From Holothuria leucospilota (taxonomy: Eukaryota), in contig CM055976.1 in NCBI GenBank assembly GCA_029531755.1, positions 6,784,493-6,848,492 of the forward strand: a stretch of 64,000 nucleotides of DNA, written 5' to 3'. Below the pieces are notes generated by a model. That model was not told where the DNA came from. It made no database searches and worked only from the letters and a program-made list of their open reading frames with translations. Shown one piece after another: positions 48,558 to 61,690 of the stretch (positions are counted from its first letter, which is position 1; every line of letters starts with the position of its first letter). The position numbers and the translations under genes are program-made.

Positions 48558-48859
48558 GTAAGAGATAGAAGGAAAGATTGTTACATAGGCATGTGTTAGA
48601 AAGTGTTAAATATAGTTTGATGTGTAGATATCTATGATATCTACTAGTAGACCTGTGTTGATATGCACAGGGAGAATCCTGGGGGTATGATAAGGATATT
48701 ACCCGCACTTTTTCTCACACTTCTCTGGTCCTGTGTATAGTCACATGTGTTTCTGTGTTCAACAGTTTCATTTATTTATCCTAAGTGTTGTATTGGTGTT
48801 AAAGGTGCTCACATTGTTTGGATTATCATTCAGACATGTCATCAGGGCTCAAAGAAGTT

Positions 48860-48990
48860 TATTCCTGGGAGGGGAGTCAAATTTTCCACAGTAAAGCTAA
48901 TTTTCCTTCCACCTGCTTAAATTTCTCCCCACATACTCAAATTTCCTGGGAAAGAGCCTCCCATCTTCCCAACTTTTTCACACATGTAAG
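48860..48990. repeat. Intronic interspersed repeat. A second copy lies at 50215-50350
   Basis: Shared strings include ggagtcaaatt(t/g)tccaca, aattttcct(t/c)c, caaatttcctgggaa(a/g)gagcctccca(t/g)cttcccaactttttc. Confidence 0.6.
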
Positions 48991-49452
48991 CATATTTTAT
49001 TTCCCATATAAAACAGCCTGTGTCAACTCGTGCCCAGCTATAACCATGCAGGATCATGCATTGAAAAAACATAAGAAATTAAGATTTTCAGAGGAGAGGA
49101 CAGGTGGCAAACTTGTATACTTTGCATACTATGCAAACAGGTTTACACATGTTCTTGTGTCCAATTTTGTACTACAGGTTTTGTCTCAGAATGATATGTG
49201 ACCATTGACTTTAATTGCTACACAATTTTGGATGTAAAACCACTGAAAAACTGAGGCAAACCTGTGGAAAAGTAGGGTAACTACCAACATGTGTCATTGT
49301 CCAGTGAAAGCACCGCTTTTTCAGGCAGAATACCTGTGGTTACCCTTGGCAGACACAAGTGAAAGCCTGTAGATTTCTATAAACAAATTAGCACAGGTTC
49401 TTTGAAAGGGTTGTTATAATTCAAATTTATCTTTTGTTTATAAACTATGCAG

Positions 49453-49510
49453 CTTTGGGGAAGCAGAGAGGAGTTTTACAAGAAAAACCAGAAGAAAGCA
49501 TGAAAGAAGA
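49453..49510 (+). CDS. PARP4: Short exon, phase 1 to 2 ((A)LGKQRGVLQEKPEESMKE), an acidic linker
   Basis: Acceptor aactatgcag| and donor |gtaagt. The phases match both neighbours. Confidence 0.4.
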
Positions 49511-52084
49511 GTAAGTATAGTTACAGTAAGTAATAAACTGGGTTCTAGCTAGGAAAGGCTTATTTAGTATCCTAATGGTCTGTATGCATATGACGTGACA
49601 AACCAGAAAGTGCGCCCTTGGCTAGGGGTAATTGCTTAGCACTACAGCTTAGTCTCACATCAACACAAATGTAGACAGCTCATTTTTGTACCAGTCAGAT
49701 ATGCTCCCAGAGTCTACATGCTCATGCAAAGGCTAGACCTTGCCATACAGAAGTACTAAAGTCATGTACCTTATTTAGCTAGGGTGATTGTTTCTCCTCT
49801 AACTTGACGTTGGCGTGATGTCAACGCACAGGGTCTGTAGACAGTGTTTTTGCTATGCAAGAAACTTTGCTTCCCTGGGACGCAACCTCTCAAAAATATG
49901 TGCTTCCCAACCTTCAGTACTTGTGTTTGCTAGGATCGACTGTATTATTAGCTTTGCCCATCATCTTGCATCATTAACTGTACTAGTCTATTTAGTGGGC
50001 AGTTTTTAAGTTTGAAGGGGTTCTGACAGAATGCCAATTTAGTCACCAGTCAAAGTAAAGTAAATGTCAACTTAGTCAAAAAATTTGGGCAAATTTGAAC
50101 TATTTTGGGGGCAATTCCCCTTGTGTGGGAGAAGCATGAATACAGCATTCCTGCTCAGGCAGTCTGCACAAGGATGTTAGGTTGCAGTTCTGGAAGAAAT
50201 GTTTTGTTTCCTTGGAATGGAGTCAAATTGTCCACAATTCATTCCCATGTCTTCATATACAAAGAAGGCAAATTTTCCTCCAGTTGTCAAAATTTCCCTC
50301 CAAGTACATGAATTTTCTGGGAAGGAGCCTCCCAGCTTCCCAACTTTTTCCATCCATGGTTAGGTTGTTTCAAAAGAGTTGAAAAGTCAGTGCTAGTTTT
50401 GCTCAGGTTTCGGTGTAAAAGTTACATTCGTTTTATGCAGTGCAGTAAGTGTACACTGTTCTGTGCATGGTGCACGTTCATTGTCAGGTAACGTGATTTG
50501 GACTGCAAACAGAAACTTGTGTCTGGCGGTCGCAGCTCAGTAACACTTTCTGCATCCCCTGAAAGTTTCGTGCATCCCGGACGCAAAATCCTGTAAAAAT
50601 GCTGGTAGAGCATAGTAAGGGAATGTCAACTCGAAAGGGTCCAGTGGCCAGGCTGAAGGTCTCCCCTGGAGTCACTTCCTTTATCAGGTTGGCCTCCTAA
50701 AATTGTGTGCTTTGGGAAAAGCCATTCTGTTGTCATTATTTCTCAAATTAACAGTTTTCCATTTCCATGTTAGGGTCTTTTGTTCAATTCTGTGTCGATT
50801 GCTAAAATGCAAATTCACACGGAGAAGCCTTCAGGCAATGCAAGTTCAGTTGCTCCCAACTGGTGCTGAATGATTTGGCTAGGACCCTTGTAATAAGTAA
50901 TAAATTGAACCACATTGAGGCATTTTCCGGTGGCATTTTGTACGGGTCTTATATGAAATAGAAAAATTTTTCATTACATGTCATCCACACCCCATACCAA
51001 AACTCCATTCCTAACTCAAGATATCCCTTCTTGAAGATTGGTTACTTTAATTTGTAATGAAGTACCTTCAGGTTTCCTCAAGGTCGCAGAATGTGATGCC
51101 AAGTAGGCAAATTGCCCCAGATTCCTTTTGTTATTCTTTATAATTAAATACCCTGTTTGTCCTTGAAATTTGATACTGTTGGAATGCTAAACATTTTCCT
51201 GTGTAGATCTCTTGTAGAACTGTCCTTTTAGTGGTATCAATATTATAGAGAAACACAAAAGCCATGTGGAATTATTTTGCCCAGATGACATCACAGATTT
51301 CCCATCATGCACTGTGGAAGCTGAAAATATAGAATTTCTTCAAAAATTAGCACCTTCCAAATGCAAGTTGCTGTCCAGATGGGGTTTTAGTTCACTGCGT
51401 AATGCAGAAAATTTCCATGCACTTTTTGAAAACATCAAATTTGGTCACCAAAACATGTTTTAAAATAGTTGTTGGTAATAAGTGGCAAGTACAGTGGTTG
51501 CTGTGTCCAGGGTCCTCCTTAATGATATTGTTTTGCATAGCAAAACTGCTCTGCATTTTTTATTTCGTATAGTTATTTACAAATTTTGCAAAACAGTTTT
51601 GTTGTTGACAAAAGAGTAATCCATGTCAGTTTAAAAAAAAACGTTGATTTCTGTGAACATATTTTCCTATTGAAACAACTTATTTTGAACATTCAAACCG
51701 TTAAACCAACGATTGACCATTAGCCGGTGCCAAATTCAACAAAACGTTTAAACGAATTACCTTTTAAAAATATGAAAACGGGAGTTTAGCATTTACACTT
51801 TCCAGTGTTTTGCTTTAATATCTTTTCATTAAACGATGTTTATTTGCCAATTTAACAACCAAATGAGGCTTGGAAAGTAAACTGTCATGAAGTTGGTGAC
51901 TCTTCATTCATAGCATAATATCTGCATGAAAGTTTTAATTCCCCTAAACAAACCGCAATGCCTTCATCATCCCGTCTGTAGCAGTAGCCCAAATCTACTT
52001 ATTACTACACAGTAGGGCTTTACAAATTGATTCACACTTTCTCAGCTTACTGTTTGACCATATTCGTAGCCCAAGTCTCTCTCA

Positions 52085-52760
52085 GAATGAACGGTAAAAC
52101 AGAAATACTTAGTTGCCCTCAATTTTCAATGCAGTTACTTGGCTATTTCACACCATCGTACCATGTATTACGTATACAAAAGCAGAAGATGTAGGCTCAC
52201 ATGTGTTTGTTTTAAGTGTTATTAGTTTCATACAGCAGTACGTAATGCATGCATGCACTAACATTCCTACCTAAATATCTGTTCCATACTTTGTGCAAAT
52301 CAACTTGAGGTACAATTGAATACAAAATCCAGTGGTGTGTCAAACTTTCATGCACAACTCATGGGGCCACATTTCAGTCATGAATTGCAATTGTGTAAAT
52401 ACAAGGCACACTTTTATATCACACATTTTAACATGTGTTTTAATACAGACAAATTAGCACCCACCGTCACTAACGCAAACTGTGAGGTAACAAATGGAAA
52501 TTTAGCACTAAAAGCAGCGATCGAAAATATTCTGCACTCCCTGTACCGTGCCAATGTTCTTCGGATGTACGTCAATTTCTCAACGGAGCAGGTACGTAGC
52601 CTAATGTATGGGTGTTTGCATAAAATTACGGACCTACACATGCACTGACTTCACTGTGCCCATATCGTGCGTTTCACGTGAAAGTTTGCACAGAACATGG
52701 ACATGGCCAAAGCTATCAGTGTTTATGTACGGCCCTATACCAAACGTACTATTAATGACT
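52085..52760 (+). repeat. Second copy of repeat family R3. It explains ORF 52316-52648
   Basis: See 27290-27900. Confidence 0.65.
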
Positions 52761-54005
52761 GCAAATTTGACACTTGCATTGATAATTTTGGGTAAATGAA
52801 AAACAGATGGGTGAAATGGTCGCTAGATCTCGACGTACAGGTTAAAAAAAGCTTGTGCATATTGCGAACATCGTTGTGCGTGGTCATGCAATAGTGCCAG
52901 TAATGCATTTAACTGTTCAGTGATACTGAATATGGACATTTTTCAAATTGTAAACCATAGTTTATTCTGGCCGTTTATAACGTTAAGAAGATTAAACGGA
53001 AATTGACAGCCCTACTAATTATTGAATTATTAAAACTCATACAGGGAATTGAATCATTTTAATGATAGTTTTAGGTTGGAATTGAAATGTAAAAATTTGT
53101 GTGAAACGAGAAGCCAAGTCCAGTCTTTGTGTGGATGCTAAAATGCCTGTGCAAATTACTTCTATCGATTTGCAGGTTTATGTCGCAAATCTGCAAGGCA
53201 TTAAAATGTTTGTATCGCTAAAGTCCCTCAATTGCATCGCAAACTGCAATGCGATACCTGCTATTGTGGACCCAGGCTGTGTCACTAAAGCAGGAAGATA
53301 AAAAGTGAAAGCATTGAAATGTGTAGGTAGAAGTACCTCTTTTAAATTACGAATATTCATTAGACAGTTGCTTCATTACTGTCTGTATTCACATATGAAT
53401 GTTTGTAGCTTAAAGGTTTTTTTTTTAAGTTGTACTTATAAGAGCACATGTGTCAAGACCGCCCATTGAGATTTGGTGTACCAGTGGCACTCAGAGTTTG
53501 AGCTAAATGTTATACGAATCATTACACAGATTTGTCTAGCATGTAAAAAAATTGTCAAATCCTTTACATTTGTGGTTATTTATTGTCATTATTTATTGTC
53601 ATTAGTAATATTTCTAGATTATAGAAATAATGGTACTCCATCTTTCATTTACAAGTGAAATACAGATTACAGATTTGTGCCTTAATGTTGTCAGCCCTAA
53701 ATGGTTGCATCACATGGCGCTACACTAACCAGCACAAACATTACGGTGCTACTGTTGAAATTTTTACTTGAACCGAATATAACTTTTGCAATCTCTTATG
53801 CTGGCCACCAAGTAAGAAGGTAGTAGGCCCATGTTTCAAATAACTGGTGTTACCCAACAGGGGTTTGACCCCAAGTCTCCAGGCTGAAAGGCATTCTAAC
53901 CACCAGGCCATCCTGTTGATATTGGTCATACTTGTATCTTAGCATTGCAGATGAATGTACAGCCCTTTAACAATTCTGTTTGATCTCTTTGCCCTGCTGA
54001 TCTAG

Positions 54006-54072
54006 GCCCTTCATTTGGGAAGATTTTGAAAGCAAGGCAGAATATCAAATTGCAAAGTTTTGCTTTATGAAG
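54006..54072 (+). CDS. PARP4: Exon, phase 2 to 0 ((E)PFIWEDFESKAEYQIAKFCFMK)
   Basis: Acceptor ctttgccctgctgatctag| and donor |gtaagt. The non-zero phase matches exon 49453-49510. It may correspond to PARP4 ...PQDFEVAKYNTLEK. Confidence 0.4.
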
Positions 54073-57000
54073 GTAAGTGTGATAATATTCTTAAGCCCAG
54101 ATACATGGTTAGTTTGGAATTGTTGATATTATAATTTATGTATGCAATAACAGAAAATGTGAAGATCAATTTGTCATCCCTTATTATTTAAAGAAAATAC
54201 AACTTGTATGTAAACTATTGCTCAAGAGTATATGTGTGTCATTAATATATATATTTTTTTTTACATTGTGGAATTTATATTGAATTGATTTAATAGACTT
54301 TGGGCATTGTGTAAGTAGTAGATACACCCAGCTGTATGTGCATGTAAATAAGTGCAACAGGGTTCTTAGCCACTAACTGGGGCCAGTGAATTTATCCATG
54401 CATGTTTGTAAAGTGATATAGGAACCTGGTAACAAGTCAATTCCTTCAGCCACTTGTGACACCTTTGTTAATGAAAATTCAACAGAAAGCATATCCATCT
54501 ATGGCTCATTTACAGTTTTTTGCTGTGAATCTGTGAAGACTATGAGGAGAATAACAAGGGTTGCTGTGTGTTCAAGGGCAGAGATAATAAACAACAATGG
54601 CTATCTGATCCAAAAAACATTTTTAGCTCAACCCACGAAGTGGGTAGAGCTTATGTGGTACTGTGGGGTGGAAATGTCTGTCTCTCTCTTCAAAAACTTT
54701 CATCATCTGCAATTGCTGGTCGATTGTTGTGAAATTTGCAGTAAAGGTGCCATATTAGGATGGCAATACATGTATTACGTAGCTACATGATCGGACAAAG
54801 AAAAGTGGTCATTTTTGGCCATTTTGTTCATTTTCATGTTCATTTTCCTGGTTCCTCGTTCCTTTTGAAGTCTCACTCCTTGGATAATGCAGTTATATTT
54901 CATGGTACTGAGCTTAAATTAGCTTTATCTAGAGGGGCATGCTCACCAACTTAAATGAGCAGCCTGAAGGCAAAAGCCTGCATGAGACAAGTGTCCAGTT
55001 ACTTTGTTTTAACTGCTACTCTTAGGTATTGTTTGTATTTCTTAAAGTTGCCAATGTCCAGTGTATGGCAGAGCAATTTTAGTATCTGTTACATAGCTGT
55101 CCTTGCTGTGTGAGGACATTGCATACAAAGGGTTCATTGTTTGTTCGGGAGTTGTTACATTTGGCTCATCACTTGTTTTCCTGGTCTAGCTGAAGGGGTA
55201 GTCTATTAAGGAATGTTTAAGTGAAGAGATTTGAGCTTTGTTCACTTAAGGCCCTTAAGGAATCAGTGTTTAGAAATTTATATTTTTAAAGTACCAAAAT
55301 CAGCACAACTTACAGCAGCAGCATTTAAAGGGATTTGCCAGGGACTACCTTTGACAACTTCTGAAAATGTAGAAAATTTTCCTGTTTAAGGAGGTAAAAA
55401 CCATATCTCTGTTGCATGTAGCATTTGGAAGATACAAAACTGGTCGCGTTTGTGTACTGTGACTCCAGTTTTTGATCCCTACCCTTACTGGCAGCACTGC
55501 TAGGGTATGAACTGGCGGTATAGATTTATCTTGATGACTTCCACCTGCTAGTTGAAGTGTTTGGTTAGTCCAACATAGTTCAGGTACAGTATGTAGAGAA
55601 TATGGACCATGATTGTGTTCAAAATTAATTAAAGACCGAGCAGGTCATAACATTAGAAGGTTGAGCGACTGCAGCGATGCTGCTCTGGTATATTTTGTTA
55701 TATTTGAGTAGTTAAAGGGAAATATTGGGTTTAAAATGCACCAACATGGCATACAAAGAAAATATCCTTAACCATTATTTAACCGTTTAGTCTCGCCAAT
55801 AAACTCTAGCAATAGCTTTATCTCCTCAAAATCTTATGCGTGACAGCAGTTATGGATGTTGCATCATTTGAATTTTTGGAAGTTTGGGTGAACAAAGCAC
55901 TTTTGTGCAACAGATACAGTAGCTGAATTTCTTGCTGTAAGAGCCTTATTTCCTGAAAAGAAAGCTACATTACTGCCGTATTTTGAAGTGTCTATCATTC
56001 TGTATCTGTAAAATTTGGTTTAAAAAATATGAAAATTTTCTCTAAACCAAACGCAATATTTCCCTTTAAAGATAAAGTTTAATCTTACTGTAATCCCATG
56101 TTCTCACAAAGCATACAGAAAATGTGTTCGAAACTTGAACGTTGTTGATCTTGTTTGTTCGTCCCTGATCTTGACTTTGTGAGCTCTATAAGTAGACTTG
56201 TGATGAGGCTTTATGGGCAATGACATCACAAGGTCATAAAAACCATAGTAAGCCTTCTCAGGAGAAATACATGTGCACAGTTTTTTGCAATAAGTAGTGA
56301 AGGCCATCCTCTATTATGGTTGTTATTAAATATGTGATGATGTGATACATGTGTATTGTTTTAATACTATACTTGGTTTTAGCAGTTAGTTGTATGGGAG
56401 AAAGTACATAACAATATGAATGCTATTGTAGCAATTGCTCCTGTATGACACACCCCCCTTCCCTCCCCTCCCCTCCCCCCATGTCCACTGTATAAAGTGC
56501 TACTAATTGTAATGCAGTTTACTTGCATATAAAGACTGGTGGTATGGTTTCTAAATTCCTATATAGTTCCAAAAGAAACCATTTAGTGGGAATTTGTTCA
56601 AAGGGAAACAATATGGCTTTCAAGAAGGCTATTCAAATGTAGTAGAAATACTGTGGTGATCAAATTGCAAGTTGAATGTAACTTGAAAAACATTCAGGAC
56701 TTTTTAAAATAGTGAAAAGGACAAGTTGATTGAACAGAAGTAAAGGTCTCAAAATTGAAGTAGAAAACAGTGTGATGCATTAAAGGACAGTAAGGAAGCA
56801 GAGGGTATTTAATATGTGAATTGCAATGTTGAATTGAAATGAGTGCTAAGGAATTCATGTGATGTAAATATAAAAGCATTTTTCAGTTTCACTCAAATAC
56901 TGCATGAACATGTTGCTACACAATTGCATTTTGTATGGATACTGCAAATGTTACGTACAATAAAGGTTTAGAAACCTTGTTGTAAGTTAACATTACAAAT

Positions 57001-57679
57001 ATTTTATAATGTATTTACACAGGATCTGAAGAATGAAAGTCCAAGTCGATGTCTGCTAGTGGAGCTTCATGTTTTGACAGAACCAACTGCTAGACGGTAT
57101 AGGATATACTGTCAGTTTCTGCTGGGGGTAAACTACCTTCTGTTCATCACTTCATATTCAATATGGGTTCTTTGTGTAAAAATTGGTACATATGTACAAC
57201 TTTATACCCGTGGTAAAAAGATTTGGAAATTGTTTTAATACACATTTTACAGTTTTCTTTGACATAGTTTAGAGTAATAGTTAAAATGGTTCAAGGGATT
57301 GCATTTTGTGTGGGAAGTCTTCATCATCGTATGGAGCAAATCCAGTAATGATGTGAGTGGTCACAAGAGGCAGATGAGGATGGGAGGGGAGTGTACATGG
57401 AAGTCCTATTTTCATAATCAGTGATGGAATTCACTTTTTTATTGTAGGGGACTCTTTCGCATTTACACTGAAAAAAATTGACCCCTTCAGTACAACTTAG
57501 AGGGTTGTGATTGTACTTTTTCAGGTAATTTTGTTGACTGGGGAGGTAAATGGTCTGCCAGCTCTGCTGATTTTCACTGCTAGTAACTATACTATGACAT
57601 GCTTGTTATTTTGACTTCAAAATGAGCATGGATGCATGTGTTAAGTCATTGTTTTCATGTTTGTATTTTGTGTTTACAG

Positions 57680-57826
57680 GACAAATCTGTGGTGGAGAAG
57701 TGCTTCTCATTATCATCGAGTTTACAAGCTGTAGCTGCATATTGTAAGATTACAAAGTCCCTACAGCCTATGTTCTCTATTACAGATGTGAAATCTGAAA
57801 AGTTTGGCTCACCAAAATTTCAAAAG
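57680..57826 (+). CDS. PARP4: Exon, phase 0 to 0 (DKSVVEKCFSLSSSLQAVAAYCKITKSLQPMFSITDVKSEKFGSPKFQK)
   Basis: A strong acceptor (tgtattttgtgtttacag|) and donor |gtaagt. The open frame is 49 codons. Confidence 0.45.
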
Positions 57827-59882
57827 GTAAGTAGCAACAAGTCTAGTATGTGGAGAAGGCAGGGTGTGTATAGTATGAGGTATTGTATGCTTGTAAAGTT
57901 ATATTTGATTCTAAGGTAACACATGGGATGAAAAAAGAACCATACAAACACCAAATGTCCCCTCCCCATCCCCCACCCCCCAGTCAAAAAACAGACCTTT
58001 AATTTTGGTTCTATTGTGAAAGCTGTAGAAGTTACATTGTCATTAGTATGCTTGGTCAAAATGTGGAACTTAAATAAGTGATGTTTTTTTTTTTTTTGTA
58101 TATTTCTTCAAACAAAATGGCAATCTTATGGAGTACTTTGTGCTAACAGTGTAAAGTTGTATTCCTATGCTCTCAATTTAGTGGATAATGTGCCATTACT
58201 GCATTACATGTTAAATTCCATTTGGCCAGGGGTTCTCATGTGTTTTTTGCGGGCCACATTCCGTGAGCTTATCAGTTTTTGTTGTAGTAACCAGGTGGGG
58301 CGAATGAAGGGTTTGGAGAAAGGGGTTCATTCTTGAGGGCAAAGTCCATTCTTTACAGCTCTGAAAGTGAAGGTAGTGATGGAGAGTCTATGGATTCTTA
58401 ATTTGTGTTGTGCTGTACAGGATCAAAGCCTACCTCAGCCCTACCAAGGTTGGGGTGAGGTGAGAAAATTTGATATTCCAAATACACCAGATAGCAGTAA
58501 AAGGCACTACTAGACAACACAAAGTTGCCACCTTGGTTCCTCTTCCCCGATGCATAAGTTGCCTGTCCATATGGTGGAATTATGGCATCTGAACCACCCT
58601 AGATTGGCTAAAATTTCACTCTCAAAACACAAATTTGTCATTAGAGGTCTGTGATTACCATTAGAGGGTCTCCAGTATGAGAGAGAAATTGGCATCTCAC
58701 ACACTCTAGATTGGAGAAAATCCCAATTTTAGCATAACTTTTTTACAGTATGTTTGCATCCACTATGTATACACAACCAAATGGCCTATGGGAGACAAAT
58801 GTGGCATCTTAAGGCAGATTGCACTCAAGACATGGTACATAGAAAAACTTCTGGCTCTTAAAATATTCTGCTGGCCACATTATTGGATGTCACAGTCCAC
58901 AAATGGCCCACAAACCGCTACTTGAGAACCAAGGCATCGGACTTAATTTTTGAGGATTTTTTAGCCAGTCAGGCAATTTATTTGTAAATATGCCCACTCT
59001 GCCATACATTGATTTTCTCTCTTGTGTGTAGGTACCTTGACCATAACTGTCTGTACAGTAGAGACATCAACTGAGCCTGTGTAGCACACAGCCACTATAC
59101 TGTACTTTGTACACAAAAAGTGACTTCATAATCAGCAAGTTCAGCCAAGTGTGTAAGATTTGTGGTTCACACAGTGGTAGCCCTGAACAAACTCTGCTGT
59201 GATCAAAAAGGTAACTGTGACATGATCTGGTCACATGGCACCCATATCAAACTGCAATTGGGAGGAAGCTGAAATGCAGGCTGGGGAGGGGGGGGGGGGT
59301 TGAATGCATAATGGGTTATAGTTATCTGAAAGGAAAAGTAACAGAACTGTAGATGTGAGTTTCTCGGAACAGTGTGGTTACCGTTGCATTTTGTACACAA
59401 GAAAACGTGACTTAAGCAAGTTTCAGCCCTAACTCAAGTTGTACTTTTGCTACAGTTGCTGAATACATGCATGCTAGTGACTAAATACTTGTACATCAGT
59501 TTTAGAAGTTGTGATTTATAAATGGTTTACCACAGAAGATACTGCAATATGTTAAATGTGAAGTTTATTTGCACTTCACACAAATACCAGACAGTACAAT
59601 CAAATATGTAGTAACAAGAAAAAAAATAGAGTGGCAAAGCAAGTACAGGTATAGCACAATGATAGAAAGTGATGACAGAAGTACAGGGATAACACAGAAA
59701 AGACTTGTCAGCAGGCTTAATTCCACTGTGAAGCTTGAAATGAATAAAATGTACAAACACATAGAAGCATAAGGACCTGTAAAACAAAAAATTAGAAGTA
59801 CAGGAAAGTAGAGCCTGCTTCATCTCGCAGTTTGGAAAGAAGTTCTTTTCAGATTGAAGAATATTATAATCTTATTCATTAG

Positions 59883-60017
59883 ATGCAAATGGAAACTCAC
59901 ACCATCAGTGCAGACAAACTGAGTACATCAGTCAAAACCTTGGTGGACATTGTGTGGAAAGAAGCCATTGGAACAGTATCAGCTTCAGTTGACGTTACCT
60001 CTGTGACTACAGAAAAG
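59883..60017 (+). CDS. PARP4: Exon, phase 0 to 0 (MQMETHTISADKLSTSVKTLVDIVWKEAIGTVSASVDVTSVTTEK). It contains a PARP regulatory helical-domain motif
   Basis: Acceptor cttattcattag| and donor |gtaagt. LVDIVWKEAIG resembles human PARP4 SDLVEMIWAEALG (from memory) and the PARP1 HD segment VQDLIKMIFDVESM. Confidence 0.5.
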
Positions 60018-61040
60018 GTAAGTATATCTGGAAGCATACTGGTATGTCAATGCCCCCTCAAATCAGTATTGTAGCTGTAATCCCATGAAAAAGCCATGAA
60101 TTATACCCCCCCCCCCCCTTCATAATTTGTCTGTCTATGTAAGGACTTGATATACCTGGAAAAGGTAAGGCTGAATGCCAGTCAGCTGGCACAAATTTGG
60201 CAAGGTACTGAGGTTTAGCAAGAGAGAAATCAAGTTAGAAACCAAGAAAATGTAGGGCATCAAGTAGAAAAAGTACAGATGGCATCAAGATTATTAAGGC
60301 CTTTGGTGTTGGCCATTTTTAGGGGCATGAAGGCAAGGTAGGGGAACCCCAAAACCATGGCTTGTGGTGCATGTGGTCATTTCAAGCCCTGCCATGGGTA
60401 TAGCTAAGTGAAGATGGAGGTGCTCAAAATGTGTGTTTCATTGTATGGAGGCAATAAAAATAAAAAATTTTTACCCACAGTAGATTGATTTTAGAGCAAC
60501 TGAGCTTGTAAGTTTACCACGTTGGTAAAGCCTGAATGCACTTTAATTTTCTCTTCATAGATCTGTATTTTAGTTGGTCTGTATTTTCAAGCTGTCATTT
60601 ACCAGTATATCTTGATGTGTCACTAGAACACTATTTGTCTGATCATGTGTTGTTTGTAAATCATTGTGAGACTTGAGTTGATATCAATCAAACAACAGAC
60701 AAGGCCATCATAGATGTTGGTTGAATTTCATTTTTCCGATGATATTATGCCTATTTAGTTTTTATTGACTCAGCAAGAGAGTTAACTGTTATTAAGTGTG
60801 ACTCAGTTAGTACAAAAATACTTTTCAAGGCTCAAGCTGTTGATTTTAAAACATATAACTCAAATAGAGTTAACTGTGAAATCTGACTCAGTTTAACAGT
60901 TTTATAATGAGTAACTTCACTTCATGGTCCAGATTAAAGACCATAAGTAGGACTCAGTGTAGTTTTTGATTCCTTGCCGAAGGCAGGCAAGGAATCTATG
61001 CGATGGTGATGTCGTGTGTGTGTGTGTGTGCGTGTGTGTG

Positions 61041-61690
61041 CACTCACAGACACCTCCTTAGCGGGACATGGGCAGCCGGCGAGAACTAAGCTCTCGCATG
61101 TCTTTCCTAGCTCACGCGCGGCTCGAAACTGGCGTAGCTGCCTGAGAATTCCGTCACTGGAATGAGAAGTCTCGCGCGGCTGCACGTGCCTGCCTTGCGA
61201 GCAGCCCGCCCTCCAGACACGTACGTCTACCGGGTGAGTTGGAGGCCAGCCAAGCTCATGGGGAAATCCCGTGAATTCCTTACCGGGTCCTGTGTACGTG
61301 TACCGGTAAGGCAGCGAGGGTGCGTATGTGTGACCCGAAGCTGTGTGTGCATGTCTGAGGCTGCTGTGGGCATGTGTGTGCACTCACAGACACCTCCTTA
61401 GCGGGACATGGGCAGCCGGCGAGAACTAAGCTCTCGCACGTCTTTCCTAGCTCACGCGCGGCTCGAAACTGGCGTAGCTGCCTGAGAATTCCGTCACTGG
61501 AATGAGAAGTCTCGCGCGGCTGCACGTGCCTGCCTTGCGAGCAGCCCGCCCTCCAGACACGTACGTCTACCGGATGAGTTGGAGGTCAGCCAAGCTCATG
61601 GGGAAATCCCGTGAATTCCTTACCGGGTCCTGTGTACGTGTACTGGTAAGGCTGGGTGGGTGCGTATGTGTGTGTGTATGTGACGCCTAG
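61041..61690. repeat. Two near-identical tandem copies (period 340 bp) of a GC-rich, CpG-rich unit (gcactcacagacacctccttagcgggacatgggcagccggcgagaactaagctctcgca...). They are absent from copy 1
   Basis: 61041-61380 matches 61381-61690 with about 6 mismatches. Each unit is bounded by (TG)n. Copy 1 passes directly from (TG)n to ...tgtgacgcttagcttgtaaacacgat. Confidence 0.85.

Noticed and set aside
51266-51463. ORF 51266-51463 (+) as an exon of the PARP4-like gene
   Set aside because: It has no acceptor or donor signals at its ends and the phase does not fit the neighbouring exons.
60934-61690. ORFs 60934-61383 (-), 61162-61401 (+), 61280-61525 (-), 61502-61690 (+) in the GC-rich duplicated unit
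   Set aside because: Pairs of ORFs are simply the same sequence read in both tandem copies. GC-rich sequence is naturally stop-poor. No domain is recognised. They are kept only as a finding about the captured unit.
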